A DNA stretch of 64,000 nucleotides, from positions 2,512-66,511 of the forward strand of contig JBDLSZ010000052.1 in assembly GCA_039799305.1 (NCBI GenBank), written 5' to 3'. Below, piece by piece: positions 40,937-52,147 of the stretch. The notes below the pieces were generated by a model. It was not told where the DNA came from. It made no database searches and saw only the letters and a program-made list of their open reading frames with translations. The position numbers were made by a program, and so were the translations under genes. This DNA comes from Actinomycetota bacterium. GTDB lineage: Bacteria; Actinomycetota; Actinomycetes; Nanopelagicales; Nanopelagicaceae. Each line of letters begins with the position of its first letter. Positions within the stretch are counted from its first letter, which is position 1.

Positions 40937-42247
40937 ATGACTCTGAAGCTTTCAGTAATTGGTTGCGGCTACCTCGGTGCAACACATGCGGCATGTATGT
41001 CCTCTCTCGGTTTCGAAGTAATTGGCATCGATACCGATCAGAGCAAGGTTGATCTCCTCTCTAAGGGAGAGCTGCCTTTCTATGAGCCAGGGTTAGACAC
41101 ACTTCTTGCTGCAGAGATGAAGACAGGTCGACTCTCCTTCACAACTGATTTCTCAGCTGTTGCAGATGCTGATGTTCACTTCATCTGTGTGGGCACACCA
41201 CAAAGTAAGGATGGACTTGCAGCAGATCTCACCTATGTGAAGTCATCCGTTGCAGCGATTGCACCATTTCTGAAAGAAGGCTCACTCGTAGTTGGAAAGT
41301 CCACAGTTCCAGTCGGAACTGCGCAATTACTTCGTGATCAGCTTTCCACCACAGCCCCTCAAGCAGATCTTGCATGGAACCCGGAGTTCCTTCGTGAAGG
41401 TTTTGCTGTTGAAGATACTTTGACTCCTAACCGCTTGGTTGTTGGCGTTGCCAATGATCGCGCAGAAGAGATTCTTAAAGAGGTTTACAAGCCAATCATC
41501 GATCTTGGTACTCCGTGGATCCGTGCAGATCTACCAACAGCTGAGCTCGTCAAAGTTGCTGCAAACTCATTTCTTGCCACAAAGATTTCATTTATCAACG
41601 CTATGGCTGAAGTCTGTGAAGCAGCAGGCGGAGATGTCACTGTCCTTGCTAAGGCAATTGGTTATGACCCACGTATTGGAAGTCGCTTCTTGCAGGCAGG
41701 TATTGGTTTTGGCGGAGGCTGCCTACCTAAAGATATTCGTGCATTTATGGCGCGCGCTCAAGAACTTGGTGCAGATCAAGCGCTTGAATTCTTACGTGAG
41801 ATTGATGCAATCAATATCCGTGCACGTCAGCGCGTGATTGATGTCGTTCGCGCAGACCTATCGCAGGATCTGACTCAATACAAGATCGCTGTTCTCGGTG
41901 CGACCTTTAAGCCAGATAGCGATGACGTGAGAGATTCCCCAGCACTTGATATTGCTGCACAACTACAAGAAGCAGGTGCGCAAGTTGTTGTTCATGATCC
42001 AAAGGGCATCGAACCTGCACGTAAGCGCTTTCCTAACCTTGATTACCAGGAGAAGGTCGTCGATGCCGTTAAGGGCGCAGATGCAATCTTGCACTTAACT
42101 GAATGGAAGGAATATCGCGAACTCGATCCTTCAGTGATTGGTCAATTGGTAAAGTCAAAATTCCTGATTGATGGTCGCAATATGTTAGATCGTAATAAAT
42201 GGCGCGCAGCCGGCTGGCGCGTGCATGCTCTTGGAAGAACTGACTAG
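40937..42247 (+). CDS. ugd: UDP-glucose 6-dehydrogenase
   Basis: [49 protein letters not shown]. Confidence 0.95.
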   Translation: MTLKLSVIGCGYLGATHAACMSSLGFEVIGIDTDQSKVDLLSKGELPFYEPGLDTLLAAEMKTGRLSFTTDFSAVADADVHFICVGTPQSKDGLAADLTYVKSSVAAIAPFLKEGSLVVGKSTVPVGTAQLLRDQLSTTAPQADLAWNPEFLREGFAVEDTLTPNRLVVGVANDRAEEILKEVYKPIIDLGTPWIRADLPTAELVKVAANSFLATKISFINAMAEVCEAAGGDVTVLAKAIGYDPRIGSRFLQAGIGFGGGCLPKDIRAFMARAQELGADQALEFLREIDAINIRARQRVIDVVRADLSQDLTQYKIAVLGATFKPDSDDVRDSPALDIAAQLQEAGAQVVVHDPKGIEPARKRFPNLDYQEKVVDAVKGADAILHLTEWKEYRELDPSVIGQLVKSKFLIDGRNMLDRNKWRAAGWRVHALGRTD

Positions 42248-42759
42248 AAACCAGTTTTAGTATTGCGACGGGCGCTCAATTGAGCGCCTTTTGCTTTTGC
42301 CTCATCGGTGAGCTCAGATAATTGAGCTTCAATCTTCTTCGACACAGCAGCATCTGATGATCCAATAATGCGTGCTGCAAGGATTCCAGCATTTTTTGCA
42401 TTATCAATTCCCACAGTCGCTACTGGAATTCCACCAGGCATTTGCACAATAGAAAGAAGTGAATCCATTCCGTCGAGGTTCTTCAGTGAGACAGGCACGC
42501 CAATAACAGGAAGTGTCGTAAGGGCTGCAACCATTCCTGGAAGGTGTGCTGCTCCTCCTGCACCGGCAATGATTACTTTGTAACCTTTTGATGCAGCGCT
42601 CTTTGCAAACTCAACCATTTCTTCCGGCATGCGATGAGCAGAGACAACATCTGCGCTATAAGAAATTCCAAATGAATCAAGAGCCTTCGCGGCTTCTTCC
42701 ATGACTGGCCAATCAGAATCAGAGCCCATGATGATTGCTACATCTTTACGATCACTCAT
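42244..42759 (-). CDS. purE: N5-CAIR mutase
   Basis: [33 protein letters not shown]. Confidence 0.98.
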   Translation of the reverse strand: MSDRKDVAIIMGSDSDWPVMEEAAKALDSFGISYSADVVSAHRMPEEMVEFAKSAASKGYKVIIAGAGGAAHLPGMVAALTTLPVIGVPVSLKNLDGMDSLLSIVQMPGGIPVATVGIDNAKNAGILAARIIGSSDAAVSKKIEAQLSELTDEAKAKGAQLSARRNTKTGF

Positions 42760-43864
42760 CGATTGCTCCGCTCATGTAGTCACGTGCATGCTGCACATCA
42801 GTAGTTAATTGTAGAAGGTCTGAGCCAACTGCGGTGACATGGCCAATCTTGCGCCCAGCGCGGACTTCCTTCTTATAGTGATGAAACTTCAGGTCTGGAT
42901 TACGCGCCATAAGGTGAAGGTAGGGGCGATACATATCTGTCTTTTCGCCTCCCAAGATATTTCCCATGACGGCAAAGTCTGCCGTCATCGAAGGATCACC
43001 GAGTGGGAGATCTAGAATTGCTCGCAAGTGTTGTTCAAACTGACTTGTTACAGCGCCATCAATAGTCCAATGGCCAGAGTTATGTGGGCGCATTGCAAGT
43101 TCATTAATGTAGAGATGATCACCTTTAACAAACATCTCAACAGCCATGACTCCCACAACGCCAACTTCTTGTGCAATATCTAGTGCGAGCTTCTGCGCCT
43201 TCTCAGCAAGCTCTGGGGAAATATTCTGCGCAGGTGAAATAGTCAGCGTGCAGATTCCATCTTCTTGAACTGTCTCTGTAGGTGTCCAGGATGTTGCTTG
43301 TCCATGCGGTGAACGTGCGACCATGACAGCAATCTCAGTATCAAATGAGATGAGTTCTTCAATCAATAACTGTGGAGTTGTCTTGAGCACCTCACCGAGC
43401 TCATCTTGAGAGTTAATCTTCCAGACCCCGCGGCCGTCATATCCACCTGAAATTGCCTTTGCAATAAGTGGATAGCGTTCAATATCTGCAGTTGTTGTAA
43501 CAACCTTCCACGTTGGAGATGGGAATGAACTGAGCTTCTCGCGCATCTGCGCCTTATCTTGCGAATAGATAAATGCCGATGAAGGCGGATAAACCTTTGC
43601 ACCTGTTGCTTCAAGTCCTTTGATTACCGATAGTGGCACGAGTTCATGCTCGAAGGTAATGACATCGCATGTGGCTGCAAACTTCTTCAGTGCTTCAAGA
43701 TCTGTGTAATCACCAACAACGTGATGAGTTATCTGTGCTCCAGAGTCTTCGGCGCTTTGTGCAAAGAGAAGAAGATCAATTCCAAGGGCTGTTGCTGGCG
43801 CAACCATCATCCGCGCCAATTGTCCTGCGCCTATGACGCCAACACGGGGGAATCTTTCGTTCAC
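42752..43864 (-). CDS. purK: N5-CAIR synthase
   Basis: [42 protein letters not shown]. Confidence 0.97.
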   Translation of the reverse strand: MNERFPRVGVIGAGQLARMMVAPATALGIDLLLFAQSAEDSGAQITHHVVGDYTDLEALKKFAATCDVITFEHELVPLSVIKGLEATGAKVYPPSSAFIYSQDKAQMREKLSSFPSPTWKVVTTTADIERYPLIAKAISGGYDGRGVWKINSQDELGEVLKTTPQLLIEELISFDTEIAVMVARSPHGQATSWTPTETVQEDGICTLTISPAQNISPELAEKAQKLALDIAQEVGVVGVMAVEMFVKGDHLYINELAMRPHNSGHWTIDGAVTSQFEQHLRAILDLPLGDPSMTADFAVMGNILGGEKTDMYRPYLHLMARNPDLKFHHYKKEVRAGRKIGHVTAVGSDLLQLTTDVQHARDYMSGAIDE

Positions 43865-43869
43865 GGACG

Positions 43870-44637
43870 CTATCGTAGATGAACGATGTCCCCCACTGTT
43901 ACTCGAGAACCATCTTCCAGAATAAGTTCGCCGGCAGGCGTGACATCAACAGCTTTGCCCGTTCTATAGCTTCCATCGGGATGTTCAATACGAACGTGAT
44001 GCCCAATAGTTGCTGATCGCTCGCAGTAGAGATGGCGCATATCTTCACCCTTCTGCCATCTCTCAAAGAGTTCCTCAAAGGTTGTCAAAAAAGAGGCAAG
44101 AATGAGATTGCGATCCAGGATTGGAAATTGATGGAGTGCAAGTGAAGTGGCGTGCTCAACAGGAAGTTCGGCATCTGTCATGCCAACATTGATTCCAACA
44201 CCAATAATTACTCCATCACCACTTGCTTGCGCAATGATTCCACCAACTTTGCCATCACCAATCACAATGTCATTTGGCCATTTCAAAGTGGGAGAAAATT
44301 CTGGGTCAAGTTTTGTCAGAGCAAAGATTGCACTCAGCCCTGTGAGTAAAGTAAGAAATGACCAATCTGATGTATCGCGCTTGGGTGTGATGTAGAAAGA
44401 GAACATAAGTGCAGATGCAGAAGGTGCATCGAATTTTCTATCGAGTCGGCCACGTCCTGCGCTCTGATATTCAGTCGCAATAACATCACCGTGCTTCACT
44501 TTTTCTTCAGCGACCAATTTCGCAATATCGTCTTGTGTGGAGCCCGTGACTTCAACCACGCTTACTCGCCAGTACCGCGAGATTTTTTCTGAGATCACCG
44601 AACTATCTAGCGGTGGTCTTGGCGCAACTGTGCTCAC
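43870..44637 (-). CDS. birA: Biotin--protein ligase (no HTH)
   Basis: TGSTQ, QSAGRGRL, LKWPND, KVGGI, GVGIN, GDIVHLR. Start moved to GTG 44637. Confidence 0.93.
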   Translation of the reverse strand: MSTVAPRPPLDSSVISEKISRYWRVSVVEVTGSTQDDIAKLVAEEKVKHGDVIATEYQSAGRGRLDRKFDAPSASALMFSFYITPKRDTSDWSFLTLLTGLSAIFALTKLDPEFSPTLKWPNDIVIGDGKVGGIIAQASGDGVIIGVGINVGMTDAELPVEHATSLALHQFPILDRNLILASFLTTFEELFERWQKGEDMRHLYCERSATIGHHVRIEHPDGSYRTGKAVDVTPAGELILEDGSRVTVGDIVHLR

Positions 44638-44655
44638 GCCTAGTACCTTATGTTC
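44638..44655. promoter_or_regulatory. Putative bidirectional promoter with overlapping -10 hexamers for birA and accD
   Basis: Plus strand TACCTT 44644-44649 lies 6 nt before ATG 44656; minus strand TAAGGT 44650-44645 lies 7 nt before GTG 44637. Confidence 0.6.
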
Positions 44656-46227
44656 ATGAGCCCAGATCTGCACACTACCGCGGGAAAGATTGAAGACCTC
44701 CGCGAAAGAATTGATGAAGCTGTCAACGCTGGTTCGGCCCGAGCAGAAGAGAAGCAGCATGCAAAGGGCAAGGGCACTGCTCGCGAACGTATTGCGATGC
44801 TGGTGGATCCTGATTCATTTACCGAAATTGATGAGTTCGCTCGCCACCGTGCACAGGACTTTGGCATGGAGAAGAACCGTCCCTATGGCGACGGTGTTGT
44901 CATCGGAACTGCAACGGTAGACGGCAGGCCAATAGCTCTCTACTCACAAGACTTCACAGTCTTCGGTGGTTCACTCGGTGAAGTGCATGCAGAGAAGATT
45001 GTAAAGATTGCAGAGTTTGCACTGAAGTCAGGTATTCCTCTGATTGGTATTAATGATTCGGGTGGAGCGCGAATTCAAGAAGGTGTTGCCTCACTGAATG
45101 GTTACGGAAGAATCTTCCGCCTTAATACTCGCTCTTCAGGTGTCATCCCTCAGATCTCACTCATCCTTGGTCCATGTGCTGGTGGCTCTGCGTATTCCCC
45201 AGCACTGACTGACTTCACCGTCATGGTGAAGGAGACATCCAATATGTTTATTACAGGTCCTGATGTCATCAAGACTGTTACGGGTGAAGATGTTGGCATG
45301 GAAGAGCTCGGTGGAGCTTTTACCCACGCCACTAAATCTGGAAATGCGCATTACATGGCAGATTCAGAGGCCGATGCAATTGATTATGTGAAAGCACTCT
45401 TGTCTTATCTTCCTTCCAACAATTTAGATGGCTCGCCTGTGCTGCCTCCGACTGAAACTCTCGATAAGAGCGCATCAGATACCGCACTTAATACTTTGAT
45501 TCCCGATAGCCCAAATCAGCCATATGACATGAAGTCACTGATCCAGGCACTCGTTGATGAAGGCGAATTCCTTGAAGTACATGCGCTCTATGCCCCCAAT
45601 ATCGTTGTGGGTTTTGCGCGCATTGAAGGTCAATCCATCGGAATCATTGCCAATCAGCCATCACAACTTGCTGGAACTCTCGATATCAATTCATCTGAAA
45701 AAGCAGCGCGCTTCTTACGCTTCTGCGATGCCTTTAATATTCCAATTCTTACTCTCGTTGATGTGCCTGGATTTATGCCGGGAACAGAGCAAGAGTGGAA
45801 CGGCATTATTCGCCGTGGTGCAAAGCTTCTCTACGCATATGCAGAAGCATCCGTGCCTCTTGTAACGCTGATTACCCGTAAGGCATACGGTGGAGCATTT
45901 ATTGTGATGGGATCTAAATACCTGGGTAGCGATATCAACTTCGCATGGCCTAGCGCTGAAATTGCAGTGATGGGCGCGCAAGGCGCCGTCAATATTCTCT
46001 ATCGCAAGGATTTAGCAGAGGCTAAGGATCAAGATGCAAAGCGTGCAGAGTTAATTACTGAATACACTGAGAAGTTCTCCAATCCCTACCTTGCTGCAGA
46101 GCGCGGAACTATCGATAGCGTGATCGAACCTGAAGATTCTCGTCAATACATCACCAAGGCATTTCGCACCTTAAAGACTAAGCGCGATACCTTGCCAGCA
46201 CGTAAGCACGGAAATATCCCTCTCTAA
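44656..46227 (+). CDS. accD: Acyl-CoA carboxylase carboxyltransferase beta subunit (AccD5/PccB-like)
   Basis: [48 protein letters not shown]. Confidence 0.95.
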   Translation: MSPDLHTTAGKIEDLRERIDEAVNAGSARAEEKQHAKGKGTARERIAMLVDPDSFTEIDEFARHRAQDFGMEKNRPYGDGVVIGTATVDGRPIALYSQDFTVFGGSLGEVHAEKIVKIAEFALKSGIPLIGINDSGGARIQEGVASLNGYGRIFRLNTRSSGVIPQISLILGPCAGGSAYSPALTDFTVMVKETSNMFITGPDVIKTVTGEDVGMEELGGAFTHATKSGNAHYMADSEADAIDYVKALLSYLPSNNLDGSPVLPPTETLDKSASDTALNTLIPDSPNQPYDMKSLIQALVDEGEFLEVHALYAPNIVVGFARIEGQSIGIIANQPSQLAGTLDINSSEKAARFLRFCDAFNIPILTLVDVPGFMPGTEQEWNGIIRRGAKLLYAYAEASVPLVTLITRKAYGGAFIVMGSKYLGSDINFAWPSAEIAVMGAQGAVNILYRKDLAEAKDQDAKRAELITEYTEKFSNPYLAAERGTIDSVIEPEDSRQYITKAFRTLKTKRDTLPARKHGNIPL

Positions 46228-46229
46228 GA

Positions 46230-46412
46230 ATGAAATTTACTGTCACAGCAGGCCATCCAACGCCTGAGGAACTTCTTGCGCTTCAAGCAGTATTGGCACA
46301 CCACAAAGCAGTCGATATTAAACCTGTCATCAAGCGAAGTGTCTTTGCCCTCCCACAACTGCGCCAACCTCTTCCACATCAACTTACCTTCAGCGCGCGA
46401 AAGCACCGATAG
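46230..46412 (+). CDS. Acyl-CoA carboxylase epsilon subunit
   Basis: VTAGHPTPEELLAL motif directly after the beta subunit. Confidence 0.78.
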   Translation: MKFTVTAGHPTPEELLALQAVLAHHKAVDIKPVIKRSVFALPQLRQPLPHQLTFSARKHR

Positions 46413-47015
46413 ATGCCTCGTATCGTTTTAGCTTCACAATCAACGTCGCGACGCCGTCTGCTTGAAGATGCTGGGCTTAAGCCAACCATCATTGTCAGCA
46501 ACGTTGATGAAGAGACTGATTTCTTTAATGCAATGGCTCCTGTTGATATGGTGATTGCCCTTGCAATATCAAAGGCTCATACCGTGCGCGAGATGATTGA
46601 TTACCCAGCAATCATTATTGGGTGCGATTCCACATTCGATGTCGATGGAGTCTCCTTCGGTAAGCCTGGAACACCTGAAGTTGCTATCGAGCGAGCACAG
46701 AAGATCAGCGGCCGCACAGGCCTGCTCCACACTGGGCACTGCATCATTGATACTGAGCAAGGAATTGAAATTGCTGACCGCGTAACAACAAAGGTAACTT
46801 TCACTGAGATGACTGAAGAAGAGATTGTCGATTATGTCGCTTCTGAAGAACCGCTCCATGTTGCAGGAGGATTCACTCTCGATGGCTTCGGAAGTCCTTT
46901 TATTCCAATTATTGAGGGCGATTACACCAATGTTGTGGGTGTATCGATGCCATTTCTTCGTAGCGCAATGAAGCAACTTGGTTATTCTTGGCCACAAGTC
47001 AAGGAGATGTCATGA
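46413..47015 (+). CDS. maf: Maf-family nucleoside triphosphate pyrophosphatase
   Basis: LASQS..RR.LL, GCDS, GKP, EPL.VAGGFT, NVVG. Confidence 0.93.
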   Translation: MPRIVLASQSTSRRRLLEDAGLKPTIIVSNVDEETDFFNAMAPVDMVIALAISKAHTVREMIDYPAIIIGCDSTFDVDGVSFGKPGTPEVAIERAQKISGRTGLLHTGHCIIDTEQGIEIADRVTTKVTFTEMTEEEIVDYVASEEPLHVAGGFTLDGFGSPFIPIIEGDYTNVVGVSMPFLRSAMKQLGYSWPQVKEMS

Positions 47016-48730
47016 AACGCGTATTGATAGCTAACCGAGGAGAGATTGCTCTTCGCGTAATACGCGCCTGTAAAGACCACGGACTTGAGTCTGTGGCGAT
47101 CTACTCTGAAGAAGATCGCGATGCACTTCATGCACAGGGCGCGGATTTTGCTTACTCACTTAAAGGCACAGTTGCTAAAGATACTTACCTAAATATTCCA
47201 AAGATTATCGCTCTTGCAAAAGAGTCAGGTGCTGATGCTGTGCACCCTGGATATGGATTCCTCTCTGAAAATGCACATTTTGCGCAGGCAGTTCTTGATG
47301 CGGGACTTATCTGGATTGGTCCCCCACCTGCGGCTATTAGTGCACTCGGAGATAAAGTCTCTGCTCGTCGAATTGCTGCAAAGGCAGGTGCTCCACTTGT
47401 TGCAGGTACGAAGGATCCTGTTACCGGTCATGAAGAGGTAACGGCTTTCGCAAAAGAGCATGGGCTTCCTGTTGCAATTAAAGCTGCATTCGGTGGCGGA
47501 GGTCGCGGACTTAAAGTTGCTCGCACGATGGAGGAGATTCCTGAGCTCTATGCATCAGCTGTCAGAGAGGCAATTGCAGGCTTTGGACGCGGTGAATGTT
47601 TCGTTGAACGCTACCTTGATAAGCCTCGCCACGTTGAAACTCAAGTTCTCGTTGATAAGCATGGCCATGCAGTTGTTATCTCAACGCGCGATTGCTCACT
47701 ACAGCGTCGCCACCAGAAACTTGTAGAAGAAGCTCCAGCACCATTTCTTACAGATGCTCAGAACGATGAGCTCTATCGCTCCAGTAAAGCAATCATGAAG
47801 GAAGCCGGATATATCGGTGCTGGCACATGTGAATTCTTAGTAGGCCTTGATGGAACTATTTCATTCTTGGAAGTAAATACTCGTCTGCAGGTTGAGCACC
47901 CAGTCTCCGAAGAAGTAACGGGCATCGATCTTGTACGCGAACAATTCCGTATTGCAATGGGTGAAAGCCTTGGATTTGATGATCCTGTTATTCGTGGCCA
48001 CTCTATTGAATTCCGCATTAATGGTGAAGATCCAGGTCGCTCATTCCTGCCAGCACCGGGTCGCATTACTGCGTGGAATATCCCAACAGGACCTGGAGTC
48101 CGCGTTGATGCTGGTTTTCGCAATGGTGATGTCATCGGTGGAAACTTCGATTCGCTACTTGCAAAGTTAATTGTTACTGGCGCAACTCGCAAAGAGGCTA
48201 TACAACGTGCCCGTCGCGCTTTGGCTGAATTCGAAGTGGGTGGACTTGCGACAGCTATTCCATTCCACCGCGCCATTGTTGAAGATCCTGCATATACAGA
48301 GAATTTCAAGATCTACACAAGCTATATCGAAAATGAATTTAAGAACGATATCCCTGCCTTTGAATCAAGTGCTGCAGAGATTCAGACTCGTGTTGCTGCT
48401 GAAAAGCTTGTCGCTGAAGTCAATGGAAAGCGCTTTGAAATCCTTGTCCATGCACCAGAACCTGTGGTCAAGCGCCATCGCGCAAAGCAATCTTCAGGTG
48501 GCGGCTCAACAGGAACGGGACTATCTAGCCCCATGCAGGGCACGGTCGTAAAGATTGCAGTAGAAGAAGGACAGAGCGTTGAAGCAGGAGAGCTCATCAT
48601 CGTTCTAGAAGCGATGAAGATGGAGCAACCTCTGAATGCCCATAAGTCAGGTGTGATTAAGAACCTAAAAGCTGTCATCGGTGAGACCGTGGCCAGCGGA
48701 ACAGTTCTCTGTGACATTATTGAGGCATGA
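47012..48730 (+). CDS. accA: Biotin carboxylase / biotin carboxyl carrier alpha subunit (AccA3-like)
   Basis: [50 protein letters not shown]; AAGGAG SD before ATG 47012. Confidence 0.96.
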   Translation: MKRVLIANRGEIALRVIRACKDHGLESVAIYSEEDRDALHAQGADFAYSLKGTVAKDTYLNIPKIIALAKESGADAVHPGYGFLSENAHFAQAVLDAGLIWIGPPPAAISALGDKVSARRIAAKAGAPLVAGTKDPVTGHEEVTAFAKEHGLPVAIKAAFGGGGRGLKVARTMEEIPELYASAVREAIAGFGRGECFVERYLDKPRHVETQVLVDKHGHAVVISTRDCSLQRRHQKLVEEAPAPFLTDAQNDELYRSSKAIMKEAGYIGAGTCEFLVGLDGTISFLEVNTRLQVEHPVSEEVTGIDLVREQFRIAMGESLGFDDPVIRGHSIEFRINGEDPGRSFLPAPGRITAWNIPTGPGVRVDAGFRNGDVIGGNFDSLLAKLIVTGATRKEAIQRARRALAEFEVGGLATAIPFHRAIVEDPAYTENFKIYTSYIENEFKNDIPAFESSAAEIQTRVAAEKLVAEVNGKRFEILVHAPEPVVKRHRAKQSSGGGSTGTGLSSPMQGTVVKIAVEEGQSVEAGELIIVLEAMKMEQPLNAHKSGVIKNLKAVIGETVASGTVLCDIIEA

Positions 48731-49557
48731 CCTCAACCGATCTTCTCTACTCTGATCCACTTGCTGCGGCTACAAAGGCAGCGGCAGAAATCGCAGAACG
48801 CACAGGCGTTGCATCACACGATGTTGCACTCGTAATGGGTTCAGGCTGGGTAAGCGCAGCTGATGCACTGGGTGCTCCTGCATATGAGTGCGATGCCCAT
48901 GAGATCACTGGATTTTTTGCACCCGCAGTTGAAGGCCACTCAGGCAAAGTTCGTTCTTACGAAATCAAAGAAAACGGCAAGACTATTCGCGCACTTGTCT
49001 TCCTTGGTCGCACACACTTATATGAGGGCAAAGGTATGGAACCTGTTGTGCACGGAGTCCGTACAGCTGTGAAGGCAGGATGCAAAGTCATCATCCTCAC
49101 CAATGCATGTGGTGGTATCAATACTTCTTACAAAGTTGGCCAGCCCGTCATAATTCGTGACCATATTTCATTGACTGCTGCCTCACCATTGTCAGGTGCA
49201 ACATTTATCGATCTCACAGATCTCTACAGCAAGCGCATCCGCGAGATTGTAAAGAAGCAAGATTCATCTCTAGCTGAAGGTGTCTACGTGCATTGGCGCG
49301 GACCTACTTATGAAACACCTGCAGAAATTTTGATGATGCGCACCATGGGCGCCGATCTTGTTGGAATGTCTACAGTTCCTGAAGCAATCGCAGCACATGC
49401 ACTCGGTGCAGAAGTTTTGGGAATCTCACTCGTTACCAATGCAGCTGCTGGCGTTACTGGTGAGAAGTTAAACCATGAAGAAGTTATTGCAGCTGGAAAA
49501 GCTGCAGCAGATCGCATGGGAACCCTGCTTAAGAACACTATTCCTAAACTCGTCTAA
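48727..49557 (+). CDS. punA: Purine nucleoside phosphorylase (trimeric type)
   Basis: [39 protein letters not shown]. Confidence 0.95.
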   Translation: MTSTDLLYSDPLAAATKAAAEIAERTGVASHDVALVMGSGWVSAADALGAPAYECDAHEITGFFAPAVEGHSGKVRSYEIKENGKTIRALVFLGRTHLYEGKGMEPVVHGVRTAVKAGCKVIILTNACGGINTSYKVGQPVIIRDHISLTAASPLSGATFIDLTDLYSKRIREIVKKQDSSLAEGVYVHWRGPTYETPAEILMMRTMGADLVGMSTVPEAIAAHALGAEVLGISLVTNAAAGVTGEKLNHEEVIAAGKAAADRMGTLLKNTIPKLV

Positions 49558-49575
49558 CGCGATTAAACTTCATTT

Positions 49576-51192
49576 ATGAATCCCACTCTGCGCGCTGAAG
49601 TTCAGGCGTGGATTGCCGACGATCCAGATCCCAAGACTGCTGCTGAGCTACAAGTGCTCCTTGATGCAGAAGATGAAACCACGTTAAGTAAGCACTTCAA
49701 TGGCTTTCTCCAATTCGGAACAGCAGGATTGCGTGGTCCCATAGGCCCAGGTCCATCGTGCATGAACCGTGCAGTTGTAGGTCGCACCGCAGCCGGTATT
49801 GCTTCCTATATGAAAAAACGTGGAATGACGAAGGTAGTGATCGGTCGCGATGCTCGCTATGGCTCAGAGGATTACACCTTTGAAACTGCTGAAATTATGA
49901 GTGGTGCTGGAATGGAAGTTTTCATTCTTCCACGCCCACTTCCCACCCCTGTTTTAGCTTTTGCTACCGCGCATCTTGGATGCGATATCGGAATTATGGT
50001 GACTGCAAGCCATAATCCACCACAAGATAATGGCTATAAAGTTTATGTGGGACCTGTTGCTGATGGAATCAATTACGCTTCATCGCAAATTATCAATCCT
50101 ACAGATGGATTTATTGCATCAGATATTGATGCAGTGACATCGCTGAAGTTACTTGCCCGTGGCAAGAACTGGACCGTGCTCGGAGAAGAAGTGATCTCTG
50201 AATATGTCTCGCGCACGAGTGCACTTGCTCCCCGTCCTGGCGATCTCAAGATTGTCTACACCGCGATGCACGGAGTGGGCACGGAAACTGTCCAACGAGT
50301 ATTTAACCATGCAGGTTTTGCCACTCTCATTCTGGTTGATGAGCAGTGCACCCCAGATCCAGATTTTCCGACCGTAGCATTTCCCAACCCTGAAGAGCCT
50401 GGAGCTATTGATTTAGCTCTGAAGAAAGCTCGTGACTTTGGTGCTGACCTCGTAATCGCAAATGATCCCGATGCAGATCGCTGTGCAGCTGCAATCAATG
50501 ACCCACAGGTCGGATGGCGCATGCTGCGCGGTGATGAACTTGGCATTGTTTTTGGTGAATGGATTGCACGTTCAAATCCAAACGGGAGCTTTGCCAACTC
50601 CATCGTTTCATCTTCTGCTCTGCGAAAAATCAGTGGGCACTATGGTGTTGATTTTCAAGAAGTTCTCACGGGGTTTAAATGGATTGCAAAGATTGAAAAT
50701 CTAGCCTTCGGTTATGAGGAAGCAATCGGTTATGCCGTTGACTCAGATAACGTCAATGATAAAGATGGAATCTCTGCTGCAATCTTCTTGGCACAAATCG
50801 CCACGGATCTTAAGCGTGAAGGATTAACAATCTCTGATCTCTTGAATCAAGTATGGGAACGACATGGATTCCATGGAACTGAACAGATATCCATTCGCGT
50901 CACAGATATGTCAGCAATTACTCGTTTGCTTGCGGGGCTTCGAAGTAATCCCCCACGTGAAATTGCAGGTCGTGCAGTCGAATCTATCGATGACTTGGCA
51001 GCACCCACAGATGGCCTTCCCCCAACAGATGGCCTTCGCATCTGGCTAGCAGGTGGCATCCGCATCATCGTGCGCCCATCAGGCACTGAGGCGAAGATGA
51101 AGTGTTACATCGAAGTCGTCACTTCAACGTCAGATGAATCACAGAAATTGCTCGACGAGATTCGTCCGCCTCTGAAAGAATTGCTTTCATGA
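49576..51192 (+). CDS. Phospho-sugar mutase (probably acts as phosphopentomutase)
   Basis: FGTAGLRG, TASHNP, DPDADR, GYEEA, RPSGTE; lies between punA and deoC. Confidence 0.9.
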   Translation: MNPTLRAEVQAWIADDPDPKTAAELQVLLDAEDETTLSKHFNGFLQFGTAGLRGPIGPGPSCMNRAVVGRTAAGIASYMKKRGMTKVVIGRDARYGSEDYTFETAEIMSGAGMEVFILPRPLPTPVLAFATAHLGCDIGIMVTASHNPPQDNGYKVYVGPVADGINYASSQIINPTDGFIASDIDAVTSLKLLARGKNWTVLGEEVISEYVSRTSALAPRPGDLKIVYTAMHGVGTETVQRVFNHAGFATLILVDEQCTPDPDFPTVAFPNPEEPGAIDLALKKARDFGADLVIANDPDADRCAAAINDPQVGWRMLRGDELGIVFGEWIARSNPNGSFANSIVSSSALRKISGHYGVDFQEVLTGFKWIAKIENLAFGYEEAIGYAVDSDNVNDKDGISAAIFLAQIATDLKREGLTISDLLNQVWERHGFHGTEQISIRVTDMSAITRLLAGLRSNPPREIAGRAVESIDDLAAPTDGLPPTDGLRIWLAGGIRIIVRPSGTEAKMKCYIEVVTSTSDESQKLLDEIRPPLKELLS

Positions 51193-52136
51193 GTTTCTAT
51201 GGCCTCGTTGATGGATCTGAGAAATCTCTTATTCAATTCCTTGATCAACTCTCAGGTGTTGATCAGGTAGGTGCAGAAGCACGAGCTGCGATGCTTGCAA
51301 CCAGAAGTATTAAAACAACGAGTAAGAAATGGGCCATTGAGACTGCAATCTCCATGGTGGACCTCACGACTTTAGAAGGTGCCGATACACCAGGCAAAGT
51401 TCGCGCACTTTGTTCCAAAGCAGTCCGACCAGATCCCACAGATCCAACCGTTCCAAGCGTTGGTGCTATCTGTGTCTATAACGATATGGTCGCAATTGCT
51501 CGCACGCATCTTGATGCAATCGGTGGAAAACATGTTCCAGTCGCAGCGGTATCTACTGCATTTCCATCAGGGCGCGCATCTATGGAAGTAAAGATTCAAG
51601 ATACCCAAGATGCAATTGATGCAGGTGCTGCTGAAATTGATATGGTGATCGATCGCGGAGCATTCCTTGCTGGCAAATATGGTCTGGTATTTGATGAGAT
51701 TGTGAAGATTCGCGAAGTCTGCGGAGATAAAGCCCATCTGAAAGTTATCTTTGAAACGGGTGAACTTGTCACCTATGACAATGTTCGTAAAGCCTCTTAC
51801 CTTGCAATGCTCGCTGGCGCCGATTTCATCAAGACTTCAACCGGCAAGGTTGCCCCAGCTGCCACTCCTCCGGTTGTGCTGGTGATGTTGGAAGCAGTAC
51901 GAGACTTCTATTCGATTACTCAACGCAGAATTGGTGTCAAACCTGCTGGAGGCATCCGAACAACTAAAGATGCCATCAAACAACTTGTGCTTGTCAATGA
52001 AACGGCTGGTCCGGAGTGGTTAACTCCTGAGCTCTTTCGGATCGGTGCCAGCGCTCTACTCAATGACTTACTGATGCAACGTATGAAAATGTCCGATGGC
52101 TACTACGCTAGCCCTAACTACGTCACGATTGATTAG
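51189..52136 (+). CDS. deoC: Deoxyribose-phosphate aldolase
   Basis: DLTTLEG, FPSG, EIDMVI, LKVIFETGEL, FIKTSTGK, KPAGGIR, RIGAS. Confidence 0.96.
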   Translation: MSFYGLVDGSEKSLIQFLDQLSGVDQVGAEARAAMLATRSIKTTSKKWAIETAISMVDLTTLEGADTPGKVRALCSKAVRPDPTDPTVPSVGAICVYNDMVAIARTHLDAIGGKHVPVAAVSTAFPSGRASMEVKIQDTQDAIDAGAAEIDMVIDRGAFLAGKYGLVFDEIVKIREVCGDKAHLKVIFETGELVTYDNVRKASYLAMLAGADFIKTSTGKVAPAATPPVVLVMLEAVRDFYSITQRRIGVKPAGGIRTTKDAIKQLVLVNETAGPEWLTPELFRIGASALLNDLLMQRMKMSDGYYASPNYVTID

Positions 52137-52147
52137 AAGAGGCCAGA

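Noticed and set aside
51007-51037. Direct repeat ACAGATGGCCTTC x2
   Set aside because: In-frame coding repeat (PTDGL-PPTDGL) inside the mutase; only two copies, not CRISPR or a mobile-element end.
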